A stretch of DNA of 64,000 nucleotides from Fimicolochytrium jonesii (taxonomy: Eukaryota): the NCBI RefSeq assembly GCF_025526975.1, contig NW_026515673.1:186001-250000 (forward strand), read 5' to 3'. The position numbers and the translations under genes are program-made. Positions 1 through 12,647 of this stretch are shown one piece after another (position 1 is the first letter of the stretch; each line of letters starts with the position of its first letter). The notes beneath the pieces were generated by a model that made no database searches, had not been told where the DNA came from, and was given only the letters and a program-made list of their open reading frames with translations.

Positions 1-736
1 CAAATGGTATGCATTACGATTGTGCTTCTCATAACCCTCGACGCGCTCACTCACTATGGGCGAATCCGAATTACGTTGCAGCGTTATGGACGTTAGGAAG
101 CACGCGCTCAACAGCCGAGACGCTGTTGAAACTCTTCTCCGTGCTTGTATCACTGGAGAATGAGACAGGAAACGTGCTTGGGGTGAGGTGGACGCTACCG
201 GGAGTCGGTTTGAAGCCAGCGCAGATCACTGAAACCCTGTTCCGGGCGAGTATCGCTCTCGCGAGGTTGCTGACGACCTACGACTGCGACCAGGCGCTGG
301 ACTGGTATGTCGCTGCTTTGGACGCTAGGTATCGAATCGGGGTTGGTGCAGCTCTCGGGAAAGTCAGACAGGTTGGTTGTTCTCCTATCGGATTGCGCTA
401 TGGTACCCGCTCAATTTGAGGTCAACTAAAACCCTTAACATGACCGGTGAACGCCAGGGAGTCCCATTCGATGCACTTCTCGCTGCGATGGACAGAAGTC
501 TTCAAGCGAACATTCTCCCCACTTTATCCAAACGGAAGAAAGAAACGGCCGCGCCAGCCAAGCCGCAAGACGCGATGAAAGAAGCAGTCGCCGTGCGCAA
601 AATGCAATCATTCGTTGTGGAGGCCATGGCATTCGCTGTCAATATCGAGGAGTTTGAGGAAGCTTGCTACTTAGCGGCGCTTGCAGTTGTTGTTGCTGGG
701 CATGAGAAAAGGTTTGTGGTTGTTGCGCGGCCTTAG
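1..736 (+). CDS. Hypothetical protein, spliced, 5'-partial (exons ~82-371 and 458-736)
   Basis: GT donors at 7 and 372, CAG acceptors at 81 and 457. The 372-457 intron joins ORF 9..419 to ORF 377..736 in phase 0. No recognisable domain. Confidence 0.5.
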
Positions 737-874
737 AGACGCAGGAAACCTTTGTAACTCTGACGAGGATTGCTTCTGGTTCGAACCCAGTTGGGAGCAG
801 GACATAGACCTGACAACCCAACTAGCAAATGTACGTGAAATCATATAACCTTGCTCGCATTTGCACGGTAGCCA

Positions 875-1540
875 ATGGCACATCCCATCCTCACGAAATC
901 CCCATTCCCTCTCATCCCGCAGATCTTCATCGCACTCGGCCGCCCGTGGTCAGCCTGTGATGCCCTTGAAGCCTCCGCCAACACATTACGGACAATCACA
1001 CCGTCGGAGGCACACGCTGAAAACAGTCTGATAACGCCGTTGGATAGAGCAAACAAAGAGATTGCGTTCGTTTTCGACACGTTAGTATTGGCGGTGTTAA
1101 TTGGTAGGTGATGCGTTTCCCGTGGGGCCATCGGAAAGTACGTGTCTGACATTCCTGCTTTCTTGTGTATTGCAGATGATCGCGTCCGCATGCTGCGCCT
1201 TGAAGACCGCCTTCGCCTCATTGCTGCAGAGAATAGTTCGCTCAACCTTCCCGAGATCGAGGTACGTCCCCCTCAACCCACAGTACCGGTCTTCCCACCC
1301 TCACCCCCATTCTCATTTTCCCAGTTTCTGCTCACCCTCTCCACATCCCTCCGAACCCTCAACCACACCCACCTCTCCGAGAGCGCCGAAGAGGCCTACC
1401 ACCGCGTTCTACTCGACTGGAAAACGGCTTCGGAGAATCCGCAGTCGAGCGGTGTGAAGCTTACGAGTGAAGCGAGAATGGCGAACCTAGAGCTGCTTTG
1501 GAATCACGTAACTGAGAGAAGCGATGTTCATGTGAACTGA
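875..1540 (+). CDS. Hypothetical ~197-aa protein, two exons (875-1103, 1176-1540)
   Basis: Intron GTAGGT(1104)...CTGAC branch (1146)...pyrimidine tract...TGCAG(1175) joins ORFs 875..1111 and 1142..1540 in matching phase 1. Confidence 0.55.
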
Positions 1541-1779
1541 CGTGGTGATGAGTCTACGACGTATGTAGATTTGTGACGGAACCGATAGAGATAGCTCTGT
1601 GTACTTTGTAATAATCCGGCTTGGCAGCGTGCTGGAGCTTCAGCGACATAACCCAACCCTGTTCAAGGAAAACCTCCTGGGGAAGTGTCGTCCTGACGTA
1701 TGCCGTTGGGACGACACTTCTGAAGGGTGTTTTCGGAGCAGGACGATAGATAACCCTGACCATGTCGAGTGTTTGGCGT

Positions 1780-3695
1780 TCCTGATCCTCTACGTCGACG
1801 ATCTGATACTTATGAGCAACAAGAGACTCGATCTTGACCACTTCAAAGCCAAGGAACTTCAGAAGGCATGGTTGGAAATGGACGGACAAATGGTCGGAAT
1901 CAGGTCGTGTGAAGCCTGTCTCGATGAGAGTGCTGTGGATTTCGATGTTCCATTCCCTGGGGCCTTGTTTAAGACCATAGGGGGTCTTCTTAAGTTTAAG
2001 CACGAGATGCTCTTCTCCTGGCTTGATGTAGCCTGGTGGCTGCTTCATATAGATCTCCTCACTTAGTGTTGGGCTCAGGAATGCGGTGGATATGTCCATT
2101 TGGTTCATTTCAAGGTCTTGAGCTGCTTGCCATGAGAGCAGTAGCCGAATGGTGTCGAACTTGGCCACTGGTGCGAATGTTTCGTTGTAGTCAACTCCCT
2201 CTTCTTGCAAGAAGCCTTGGGCGACTAGTCTGGCCTTGTAGCGTTCGATACTGTCATCAGCATTCGTCTTGATCTTGTAAATCCACTTGCAGCCGACAAG
2301 GTTGCGATCTTTGGGTGCTGCACAGAGCTCCCAGGTGCAGTTCTTGACGAGGGATGCGTATTCAGCATCCATAGCTTCCTTCCACTTGGCTGAGTCGTTC
2401 GGGTTTAGAGCTTGCTTGAGGGTTTTGGGCTCTGTGTGCAGTACTTCGATAGCCAGGGCATAGGCAAGGTTGCTTTGGCGTACTCGAGAGCTCTGGGAGC
2501 GTGTGATGCGTCCGTAATGCACCAAATCGTCTTCTTCCTGGTCTTCATGGTTGTCTAGGTTCTCTGGGGCCTCTGCCCATTGATCAGTGTCAGGTTGTGG
2601 GTTGGGAGATGCATCAGGGAGCTCAGAATTCCCCTCTGCAGTGCGCGGGCGTAATTCAGTGTTGTCTGTGGGCTTGGGTGCGTGCGAAACGATACTGTCA
2701 GGCTCAGGATCGAATTCAAAGCTTGCTAAGCTGTCATAGGAGCGATCTGATGTGTCTTCATGCGTATCCTCGTTGTCCAGGCTGTTGCAGAACTTGTTTT
2801 CATTGAACTGGACATCTCTTGATTCGATAATGGCGCCCTGATCATCGGGTTCGAGTGACTGGAGCCTCCAGACTTTGCTGGAAGAGATATAACCGAGAAA
2901 GAGGCACTTCTTGGCTTTGTTGTCCAGCTTTCCTCGGTTTTTCTTGAGAACCATAGCATAGGCTATACATCCAAACACTCTGAGATGAAGGAGGATGGGC
3001 TTGCAACCGAAGAAGGCTTTGTACGGCGTCTTGAAGTTGTCTAGTGCAGCCGTAGGGCAACGATTTCAAATGTGGACAGCTGCAAGCAGAACTTCTCCCC
3101 AGTATTCGTGTCCGAGACCAGCCTGGGTGAGTAGGCAGCGTGCCATTTTGACTAGAGTTTGATTCATACGTTCCGCTACCCGTTCTGCTCTGGGGTGTCG
3201 GTAGCAGCGCGCTGGTGTTGGATTCCAGCCTTTCTGAGTGCGAGGGTAAATTGGATGGATTCGTATTTGCCTCCTTTGTCCGATCTGAGGACTTTGATTG
3301 ATTTCCCAGTCTGTTTTTCCATAAGAGCCTTGTACAGGCATCAAAGGTATCGCTTTTCTTGCGTAGGAGCTTGACCCAGACGATTCTGGACTTGTCATCA
3401 ATCCATGATGCGAAGTAGGTACATCCCCCAAAAGTAGATGTCCTCATGGGGCCACAGAGGTCAGTGTGGACGAGTGCCAGGACTTCTGTGGCTTGGGTAG
3501 CTTGTTTCTTTGGGAAGGGAGCTCTGGACTGCTTGGAGAGCATGCAGACTTCGCAGATGTGGCCATCAGGATGTTCGGTGACTCTGATGTCACGTTGGTA
3601 GCCATTGGTGAGCTTCTGGACGTCTTGGGCATTCAGATGACCGAGTCGCTGATGCCAGATATGAAAGGGTGTGCAACAAAGTGCTCCTGCTGAGT
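1780..3695 (-). mobile_element. Ty1/copia family A pol remnant (GAG-pre-integrase, integrase, RT); frameshifted, truncated
   Basis: VHTDLCGP, AERMNQTL, KLDNKAKKCLFLGY, SRDVQFNE, WKEAMDAEY, RYKARLVAQGF, QMDISTAFL, YGLKQGPREW motifs in integrase-then-RT order. Confidence 0.93.
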
Positions 3696-3707
3696 AGGGA
3701 TAGCTGC

Positions 3708-3883
3708 AGGGCTCATAACCTGTTATTATGCCAGCTTGCCAAACAAAACGCTTACCCGGTCATGTACTGTACGGGTAGGTGCACCCCAACACCCCCTCTG
3801 CAGCTAGGCAGTGTAGTACATTTTTGACCGGATTTTTTATTGTTTGGCTAGGCAATATTAGGCAGAAGTGGTTTCGAAAAACA
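3708..3883 (-). mobile_element. Short (163 bp) LTR of another copia family (3721-3883) with its PBS
   Basis: TGTT...AACA inverted termini; GGTTATGAGCCCT follows immediately on the minus strand (3708-3720). Confidence 0.65.
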
Positions 3884-3929
3884 GTTACCCAAGCTGAGAT
3901 TCGAACCGCCACCATCAGGGCTCATAACC

Positions 3930-4549
3930 TATTGAAACCTTAGCTGATATAGGTGTATCTGAGAGGTCACTAAGACTGGTTTGCCGATAACTGAGGGATG
4001 TAGCTGCGCAAAGGGCAGTGTTGTGATGTAGAAGACAGTACTGTGGCTAGAGTAGTGCGATAGAAAGCTGCGTATTGAAGAGGTTGAAGTGAAGAGAGGA
4101 GATGGGCAACAGGTCTGTCTTTTATAGGAATCTGGGGCTTCTTTCTTGAGGATTTAGCTATGTGCTGGGGCGTCCAAAGCACTCTCTGAGACCCCCTCAG
4201 AACGCCCAAGGCGTCTCTGAGTGCCGCAATTAAGGTTGGTAAGGTTTGTAAGGTTTTGCCAAGTCTGTGTAGCCTCATAGGTACCTGCTGATGCCCCATG
4301 GGCGTCCGCCAAGTCCGCGGAAGGTGCTACAGGCTACCACAAGCGCAATTGAGCCCAATCTAGCTACTACAACCCGACCACAGCTCCATACGGGCACTAC
4401 AGACCGCTATGAGCTCTAAGAACATCATGAAAGCGCAGTGCTGATGCCTGGATGTCTGGGAAACGGTCCAGACATCTTCAGAGCCTCCCAACACGCGTCC
4501 TAAGTCTTGCAGAGCCTTCTAAGTGCCGCATCTTGATGCTATCTCAATA
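3930..4549 (-). repeat. Copia-A LTR (620 bp), TATTGA...TCAATA termini, PBS at 3917-3929
   Basis: 6-bp terminal inverted repeat; GGTTATGAGCCCT directly downstream on the minus strand. Confidence 0.85.
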
Positions 4550-5489
4550 CAACACTGGTACACGTGCATTCAAGCCCACAGACAAAACGGAATCATGCTC
4601 GCACGCTGCAGAGGGATCTTTTGAGCTTTCTTATGCGTCCGCCAACCCACAACCTGACACTGATCAGTGGGCAGAAGCCTCGGAGGATCTAGGCAACCAG
4701 GAAGAGCCTGAAGACGACGAATTGGTGCAGTACGGACGCATCACACGTTCTCAGAGCACGCAAATTCATCAAAGCAACCTTGCCTATGCTGTTGCAACCA
4801 AAGTACTACACACAGAGCCCAAAAAGTCCAAGCAGGCGCTAAACTCAAGCGATGCAGCAAAGTGGAAGGAAGCATTGGACGCTGAATACGAATATCTGCT
4901 CAAGAAAGGCACCTGGGACCTCTGCCCAACACCCAAAGATTGCAACCTTGTTGCCTGCAAGTGGGTCTGCAAGATCAAGATGAATGCTGATGGCAGTATC
5001 GAACGTTACAGTGCCAGACACTGGTCGCCCAAGGCTTCTTGCAAGAAGAGGGAGTTGACTACAACGAAACATTCGCACCAGTGGCCAAGTTCGACACCAT
5101 TCGGCTACTGCTCTCATGGCAAGCAGCTCAAGACCTTGAAATGAACCAAATGGACATATCCACCGCATTCCTGAGCCCAACACTCAGTGAGGAGATCTAT
5201 ATGAAGCAGCCACCGGGAGAAGAGCATCTCGTGCTCAAACTCAAGAAGACACTCTATTGTCTTAAACAAGCCCCAGGGAATGGAATATCGAAATCCACGG
5301 CACTCTCGTTGAGAAAGGCTTTACACGTCTTGATTCAGACCATTGCGTCTATATCAGATTCTTTGAGGGTGGGCTGCTCATCCTGATCCTCTATGTGGAC
5401 GATCTTAAACTTATGAGCAACAAGAGACTCGATCTTGAAAACTTCAAGGCCCAGGAACTTCAGAAGGCGTACGAGATGCGTGACCTTGG
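4550..5489 (+). pseudogene. Copia-A RT fragment inverted relative to gag/integrase (copies 8909-9848, 13268-14207)
   Basis: WKEALDAEY, GVDYNETFAPVA, MDISTAFL, LYVDD motifs with frameshifts; ends at EMRDLG fused to an LTR. Confidence 0.9.
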
Positions 5490-5930
5490 TGTAGTAGCTA
5501 GATTGGGTTTTATTGAGCTTGTGGAAGCCTGTAGCATCTGACGCGGGCTCCGCGGACTTGGCAGACGTCCATGGGGGCATCAGCAGGCTACACAGACTTG
5601 GCAAAACCTTATAAACCTTACCAACCTTAACTGCGGCACTCAGCGACGCCTTGGGCGTTTTGAGGGGATCTCAGAGGGTGCTTTGGACACCCCAGCACCT
5701 AGCCAAATCCCCAAGAAAGAAGCCCCAGATTCCTATAAAAGGCAGACCTGTTGCCCATCCCGTCCTTTTACTTTATCCTCTTCAATACACAGCTTTCTAT
5801 CGCACTACTCTAGTCACAGTACTGTCTTCTACATCACAACACTGCCCTTTGGGCAGCTACGTCCCTCAGTCATCGGCGAACCAATCTTCATGACCTCTCA
5901 GATACACCTATATCAGCTAAGGTTTCAATA
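5490..5930 (+). repeat. 5'-truncated copia-A LTR in inverted orientation (copies 9849-10289, 14208-14648)
   Basis: Reverse complement of 3930-4371; ends in GGTTTCAATA. Confidence 0.9.
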
Positions 5931-8288
5931 TGTTGTCAGGATCTGGATCGAATTTATAGCTCGCTAATCTGTCATAGGAGCGAGCTGACATGTCTTCATG
6001 CATATCATCATCTTCCAGGCTGTTGTAGACCTTGTTCCCATTGAACTGAACATCTCAGGATTTGATGATGGTGCCTTGATCATCAGGTTCAAGTGAGTGA
6101 AGCCTCCACGCTCTGCTGAAGGGGGTGCATCTGAGAAAGATGCACTTCTTGGCTTTGTTGTCCAGCTTTCCTCAGTTTCTCTTGAGGACCATAGCATAAG
6201 GTATGCATCCACGCCGTCTGAGATGAAGGTCGGTGGGCTTGCGACCGAAGAATACTTTGTACGGTGTCTTGAAGTTGTCAAAGGCAGCCATAGGGCATTG
6301 ATTTCCAATGTGCACGGCTGCAAGCAGCGCTTCTCCCCAGTATTCATGTCCAAGGCCAGCCTGGGTGAGTAGGCATTGTGCCATGTCGAATAGAGTTCGA
6401 TTCACACTTTCCGCTCCTCCGTTCTGCTGTGGGGTGTTGGTAGCAGCGCGCTGGTCTTGGATTCCAGCTCTCCTGAGCGCAAGGGCCAATTGGGTCGATT
6501 CCTTTCTCAGACCTGAGGTCTTTAATTGTGTTCCCCGTCTGCCTGTCCATAAGAGCCTTGTGCTCTCCCCGTGGGTCAAAGGCGTCGCTTTTCTTGTTGA
6601 GGAGCTTGACCCAGACAATTCTGGACTTGTCATCAATGCATGACCCAAAATAGGTACAGCTTGTTTCTTTGGAAAGGGAGCTCTGGACTGCTGGGAGAGC
6701 ATGCAGACTTACAGATGTGACCATCAGGGTGTCCGGTGACTCGGATGTTGCATTGATAGCCGTTGGTGAGCTCCTGAATGTCTTGAGCATTCAGATGACC
6801 GAGTCTCTGATGCGAGATATGAAAGGGTGTGCTACAAGGTGCTCCTGCTGAGTAGGCGTGTTCAGGGATAGCCTGGGCCTTCATGGTATACAGACCGTTC
6901 TCCTTGAGAGCTCTGAAGGCGAGAGCACCGTCCCTGGTCTTGATTGTGCACTCTGCACTCGAGAACTCAACTTGTGCTCTGGTCTCAGTCAGCTGGGCTA
7001 CTGAGATGAGGTTCTTTTCCAGTTTGGGAACTGACCAAATGTTTCAAAGGGTGCCAGTGTGCTCCTTGTGTGTTCTGATTGAGATGGAGCCTGTTCCGAT
7101 GGCTAGGACTGACTGGTTGTCAGCTAGCTGGACCTGGATCTCAGCTTCCAGCATCTTGTGTCATGCAGCCATTCCTTGACATGTGTCATGTGCAAGGAGG
7201 CTCCTAAATTGTTAATCCAGCATTCTGGGCTGATATCTGTGCGTTTAGCAGCGGCCATGAAGAGGAACCCAGTTCCTTGGGTGGCCTGCTGTGACTCGAC
7301 TTGATTCGCATTGTTGGCTTGAGCTAGCTCTCGTTTGAGCTTCTTGCACTCGTTCTTCCAATGCTCTTCAATGCCACAGTGATGGCACTTTCCCTTCTTC
7401 CTGGCCAACCTGGCTAAACCCCCAGCCTCCTGCTGGTGTCCCCCATCCCTGATGAAGGCGTTTCCAGGCGATCTGACTGGTTTCGAGTTCTCCTTGCGCC
7501 TAGCTTCTTCATTCAGAAGTCTGGCCATCAAGAACTCCATGTCTAAGTGGTCCGCCCTGCTTTCGAGGCTCATGATGACTTGTTTGTAGCTGTTTGGCAA
7601 GCTGTATATCAAGGTAGTCATGATATCGTCTTCGGGTACTGGTGCGCCGATAGCCTTCAGCTGTTGTGCGAGCTGTCTGACTTTGTTGATGTGGTTTGTG
7701 ATCGAGTCTGACTCGTTCATAGTAATGGTAAAAAGCTTTTGACATAGGAAGAGCTTGCTGGTGAGCCCTTTTCGTTCGTGCACCTCAGCTAGCTTAGACC
7801 AGGCTTCCCAAGCCGTGTGAGCTGTATGCACGTGCATAAGCTGGGTGTCGTTCAGACTGACGCAGATGTATGCCAAAGCCCTCTCAGCCCCCTTTCCCTT
7901 CGATGGGTTTGCTGTAGCCATGTCTCCTTCGCCTTCAACATCACCATCATCCTAAACTTCCATAGATGGTAGTTATCCCCTGTGAACTTGTCCACCATAA
8001 GTTTCGAAGTCTCTGCGTCTCCAGCCATCGTGTGTTCGAGCTAAGTTTGTCTGTTTCGAGTGTGTGGACACGTTTCGGATAATAGTGTATTGTTGGACAG
8101 GTTTTGGGTGTCAAGTAGTGCATATCTCGTTGAGTTGAGCACTTGAGCGCGTTTTTGGTCGAAAATTGGTGATTTTGGAAGGATATATGGAGGATAGGGC
8201 ATACGTAGCAACTGTAGGGGGTTGGGAACGTCTTGAATAGGATTTGCGAAGATGGTTTTAGTGATGATAAAGCTGAGGGCTCATAACC
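5931..8288 (-). mobile_element. Copia-A PBS, leader, gag, protease, integrase, degenerate (copies 10290-12647, 14649-17006)
   Basis: Copia-type gag (TAWEAWSKL...SLPNSY) with knuckle CHHCGIEEHWKNEC, degenerate protease WINNLGASLHMT, HQRLGH, PQQNGGAE; PBS at 8276-8288. Confidence 0.92.
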
Positions 8289-8908
8289 TATTGAAACCTT
8301 AGCTGATATAGGTGTATCTGAGAGGTCACTAAGACTGGTTCGCCGATAACTGAGGGATGTAGCTGCCCGAAGGGCAGTGTTGTGATGTAGAAGACAGTAC
8401 TGTGGCTAGAGTGGTGCGATAGAAAGCTGTGTATTGAAGAGGTTGAAGTGAAGAGACGGGATGGGCAACAGGTCTGCCTTTTATAGGAATCTGGGGCTTC
8501 TTTCTTGGGGATTTAGCTAGGTGCTGGGGTGTCCAAAGCACCCTCTGAGATCCCCTCAGAACGCCCAAGGCGTCGCTGAGTGCCGCAGTTAAGGTTGGTA
8601 AGGTTTGTAAGGTTTTGCCAAGTCTGTGTAGCCTCATAGGTACCTGCTGATGCCCCATGGGCGTCCGCCAAGTCCGCGGAAGGTGCTACAGGCTACCACA
8701 AGCGCAATTGAGCCCAATCTAGCTACTACAACCCGACCACAGCTCCATACGGGCACTACAGACCGCTATGAGCTCTAAGAACATCATGAAAGCGCAGTGC
8801 TGATGCCTGGATGTCTGGGAAACGGTCCAGACATCTTCAGAGCCTCCCAACACGCGTCCTAAGTCTTGCAGAGCCTTCTAAGTGCCGCATCTTGATGCTA
8901 TCTCAATA
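8289..8908 (-). repeat. Copia-A LTR, second copy
   Basis: +4359 copy of 3930-4549; same termini and PBS. Confidence 0.9.
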
Positions 8909-11900
8909 CAACACTGGTACACGTGCATTCAAGCCCACAGACAAAACGGAATCATGCTCGCACGCTGCAGAGGGATCTTTTGAGCTTTCTTATGCGTCCG
9001 CCAACCCACAACCTGACACTGATCAGTGGGCAGAAGCCTCGGAGGATCTAGGCAACCAGGAAGAGCCTGAAGACGACGAATTGGTGCAGTACGGACGCAT
9101 CACACGTTCTCAGAGCACGCAAATTCATCAAAGCAACCTTGCCTATGCTGTTGCAACCAAAGTACTACACACAGAGCCCAAAAAGTCCAAGCAGGCGCTA
9201 AACTCAAGCGATGCAGCAAAGTGGAAGGAAGCATTGGACGCTGAATACGAATATCTGCTCAAGAAAGGCACCTGGGACCTCTGCCCAACACCCAAAGATT
9301 GCAACCTTGTTGCCTGCAAGTGGGTCTGCAAGATCAAGATGAATGCTGATGGCAGTATCGAACGTTACAGTGCCAGACACTGGTCGCCCAAGGCTTCTTG
9401 CAAGAAGAGGGAGTTGACTACAACGAAACATTCGCACCAGTGGCCAAGTTCGACACCATTCGGCTACTGCTCTCATGGCAAGCAGCTCAAGACCTTGAAA
9501 TGAACCAAATGGACATATCCACCGCATTCCTGAGCCCAACACTCAGTGAGGAGATCTATATGAAGCAGCCACCGGGAGAAGAGCATCTCGTGCTCAAACT
9601 CAAGAAGACACTCTATTGTCTTAAACAAGCCCCAGGGAATGGAATATCGAAATCCACGGCACTCTCGTTGAGAAAGGCTTTACACGTCTTGATTCAGACC
9701 ATTGCGTCTATATCAGATTCTTTGAGGGTGGGCTGCTCATCCTGATCCTCTATGTGGACGATCTTAAACTTATGAGCAACAAGAGACTCGATCTTGAAAA
9801 CTTCAAGGCCCAGGAACTTCAGAAGGCGTACGAGATGCGTGACCTTGGTGTAGTAGCTAGATTGGGTTTTATTGAGCTTGTGGAAGCCTGTAGCATCTGA
9901 CGCGGGCTCCGCGGACTTGGCAGACGTCCATGGGGGCATCAGCAGGCTACACAGACTTGGCAAAACCTTATAAACCTTACCAACCTTAACTGCGGCACTC
10001 AGCGACGCCTTGGGCGTTTTGAGGGGATCTCAGAGGGTGCTTTGGACACCCCAGCACCTAGCCAAATCCCCAAGAAAGAAGCCCCAGATTCCTATAAAAG
10101 GCAGACCTGTTGCCCATCCCGTCCTTTTACTTTATCCTCTTCAATACACAGCTTTCTATCGCACTACTCTAGTCACAGTACTGTCTTCTACATCACAACA
10201 CTGCCCTTTGGGCAGCTACGTCCCTCAGTCATCGGCGAACCAATCTTCATGACCTCTCAGATACACCTATATCAGCTAAGGTTTCAATATGTTGTCAGGA
10301 TCTGGATCGAATTTATAGCTCGCTAATCTGTCATAGGAGCGAGCTGACATGTCTTCATGCATATCATCATCTTCCAGGCTGTTGTAGACCTTGTTCCCAT
10401 TGAACTGAACATCTCAGGATTTGATGATGGTGCCTTGATCATCAGGTTCAAGTGAGTGAAGCCTCCACGCTCTGCTGAAGGGGGTGCATCTGAGAAAGAT
10501 GCACTTCTTGGCTTTGTTGTCCAGCTTTCCTCAGTTTCTCTTGAGGACCATAGCATAAGGTATGCATCCACGCCGTCTGAGATGAAGGTCGGTGGGCTTG
10601 CGACCGAAGAATACTTTGTACGGTGTCTTGAAGTTGTCAAAGGCAGCCATAGGGCATTGATTTCCAATGTGCACGGCTGCAAGCAGCGCTTCTCCCCAGT
10701 ATTCATGTCCAAGGCCAGCCTGGGTGAGTAGGCATTGTGCCATGTCGAATAGAGTTCGATTCACACTTTCCGCTCCTCCGTTCTGCTGTGGGGTGTTGGT
10801 AGCAGCGCGCTGGTCTTGGATTCCAGCTCTCCTGAGCGCAAGGGCCAATTGGGTCGATTCCTTTCTCAGACCTGAGGTCTTTAATTGTGTTCCCCGTCTG
10901 CCTGTCCATAAGAGCCTTGTGCTCTCCCCGTGGGTCAAAGGCGTCGCTTTTCTTGTTGAGGAGCTTGACCCAGACAATTCTGGACTTGTCATCAATGCAT
11001 GACCCAAAATAGGTACAGCTTGTTTCTTTGGAAAGGGAGCTCTGGACTGCTGGGAGAGCATGCAGACTTACAGATGTGACCATCAGGGTGTCCGGTGACT
11101 CGGATGTTGCATTGATAGCCGTTGGTGAGCTCCTGAATGTCTTGAGCATTCAGATGACCGAGTCTCTGATGCGAGATATGAAAGGGTGTGCTACAAGGTG
11201 CTCCTGCTGAGTAGGCGTGTTCAGGGATAGCCTGGGCCTTCATGGTATACAGACCGTTCTCCTTGAGAGCTCTGAAGGCGAGAGCACCGTCCCTGGTCTT
11301 GATTGTGCACTCTGCACTCGAGAACTCAACTTGTGCTCTGGTCTCAGTCAGCTGGGCTACTGAGATGAGGTTCTTTTCCAGTTTGGGAACTGACCAAATG
11401 TTTCAAAGGGTGCCAGTGTGCTCCTTGTGTGTTCTGATTGAGATGGAGCCTGTTCCGATGGCTAGGACTGACTGGTTGTCAGCTAGCTGGACCTGGATCT
11501 CAGCTTCCAGCATCTTGTGTCATGCAGCCATTCCTTGACATGTGTCATGTGCAAGGAGGCTCCTAAATTGTTAATCCAGCATTCTGGGCTGATATCTGTG
11601 CGTTTAGCAGCGGCCATGAAGAGGAACCCAGTTCCTTGGGTGGCCTGCTGTGACTCGACTTGATTCGCATTGTTGGCTTGAGCTAGCTCTCGTTTGAGCT
11701 TCTTGCACTCGTTCTTCCAATGCTCTTCAATGCCACAGTGATGGCACTTTCCCTTCTTCCTGGCCAACCTGGCTAAACCCCCAGCCTCCTGCTGGTGTCC
11801 CCCATCCCTGATGAAGGCGTTTCCAGGCGATCTGACTGGTTTCGAGTTCTCCTTGCGCCTAGCTTCTTCATTCAGAAGTCTGGCCATCAAGAACTCCATG

Positions 11901-12647
11901 TCTAAGTGGTCCGCCCTGCTTTCGAGGCTCATGATGACTTGTTTGTAGCTGTTTGGCAAGCTGTATATCAAGGTAGTCATGATATCGTCTTCGGGTACTG
12001 GTGCGCCGATAGCCTTCAGCTGTTGTGCGAGCTGTCTGACTTTGTTGATGTGGTTTGTGATCGAGTCTGACTCGTTCATAGTAATGGTAAAAAGCTTTTG
12101 ACATAGGAAGAGCTTGCTGGTGAGCCCTTTTCGTTCGTGCACCTCAGCTAGCTTAGACCAGGCTTCCCAAGCCGTGTGAGCTGTATGCACGTGCATAAGC
12201 TGGGTGTCGTTCAGACTGACGCAGATGTATGCCAAAGCCCTCTCAGCCCCCTTTCCCTTCGATGGGTTTGCTGTAGCCATGTCTCCTTCGCCTTCAACAT
12301 CACCATCATCCTAAACTTCCATAGATGGTAGTTATCCCCTGTGAACTTGTCCACCATAAGTTTCGAAGTCTCTGCGTCTCCAGCCATCGTGTGTTCGAGC
12401 TAAGTTTGTCTGTTTCGAGTGTGTGGACACGTTTCGGATAATAGTGTATTGTTGGACAGGTTTTGGGTGTCAAGTAGTGCATATCTCGTTGAGTTGAGCA
12501 CTTGAGCGCGTTTTTGGTCGAAAATTGGTGATTTTGGAAGGATATATGGAGGATAGGGCATACGTAGCAACTGTAGGGGGTTGGGAACGTCTTGAATAGG
12601 ATTTGCGAAGATGGTTTTAGTGATGATAAAGCTGAGGGCTCATAACC

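Noticed and set aside
750..800. tRNA-like T-arm CTGGTTCGAACCCAG followed by TTGGGAGCA
   Set aside because: No matching 5' acceptor strand or D-arm upstream; at most a decayed tRNA/SINE fragment.
3884..3916. GGTTCGAATC B-box-like motif on the minus strand
   Set aside because: Flanking bases do not form a T-stem or cloverleaf.
3970..4299. Recurrent 109-aa and 80-94-aa ORFs in copia-A LTRs
   Set aside because: They recur only because the LTR is repeated; no domain evidence.
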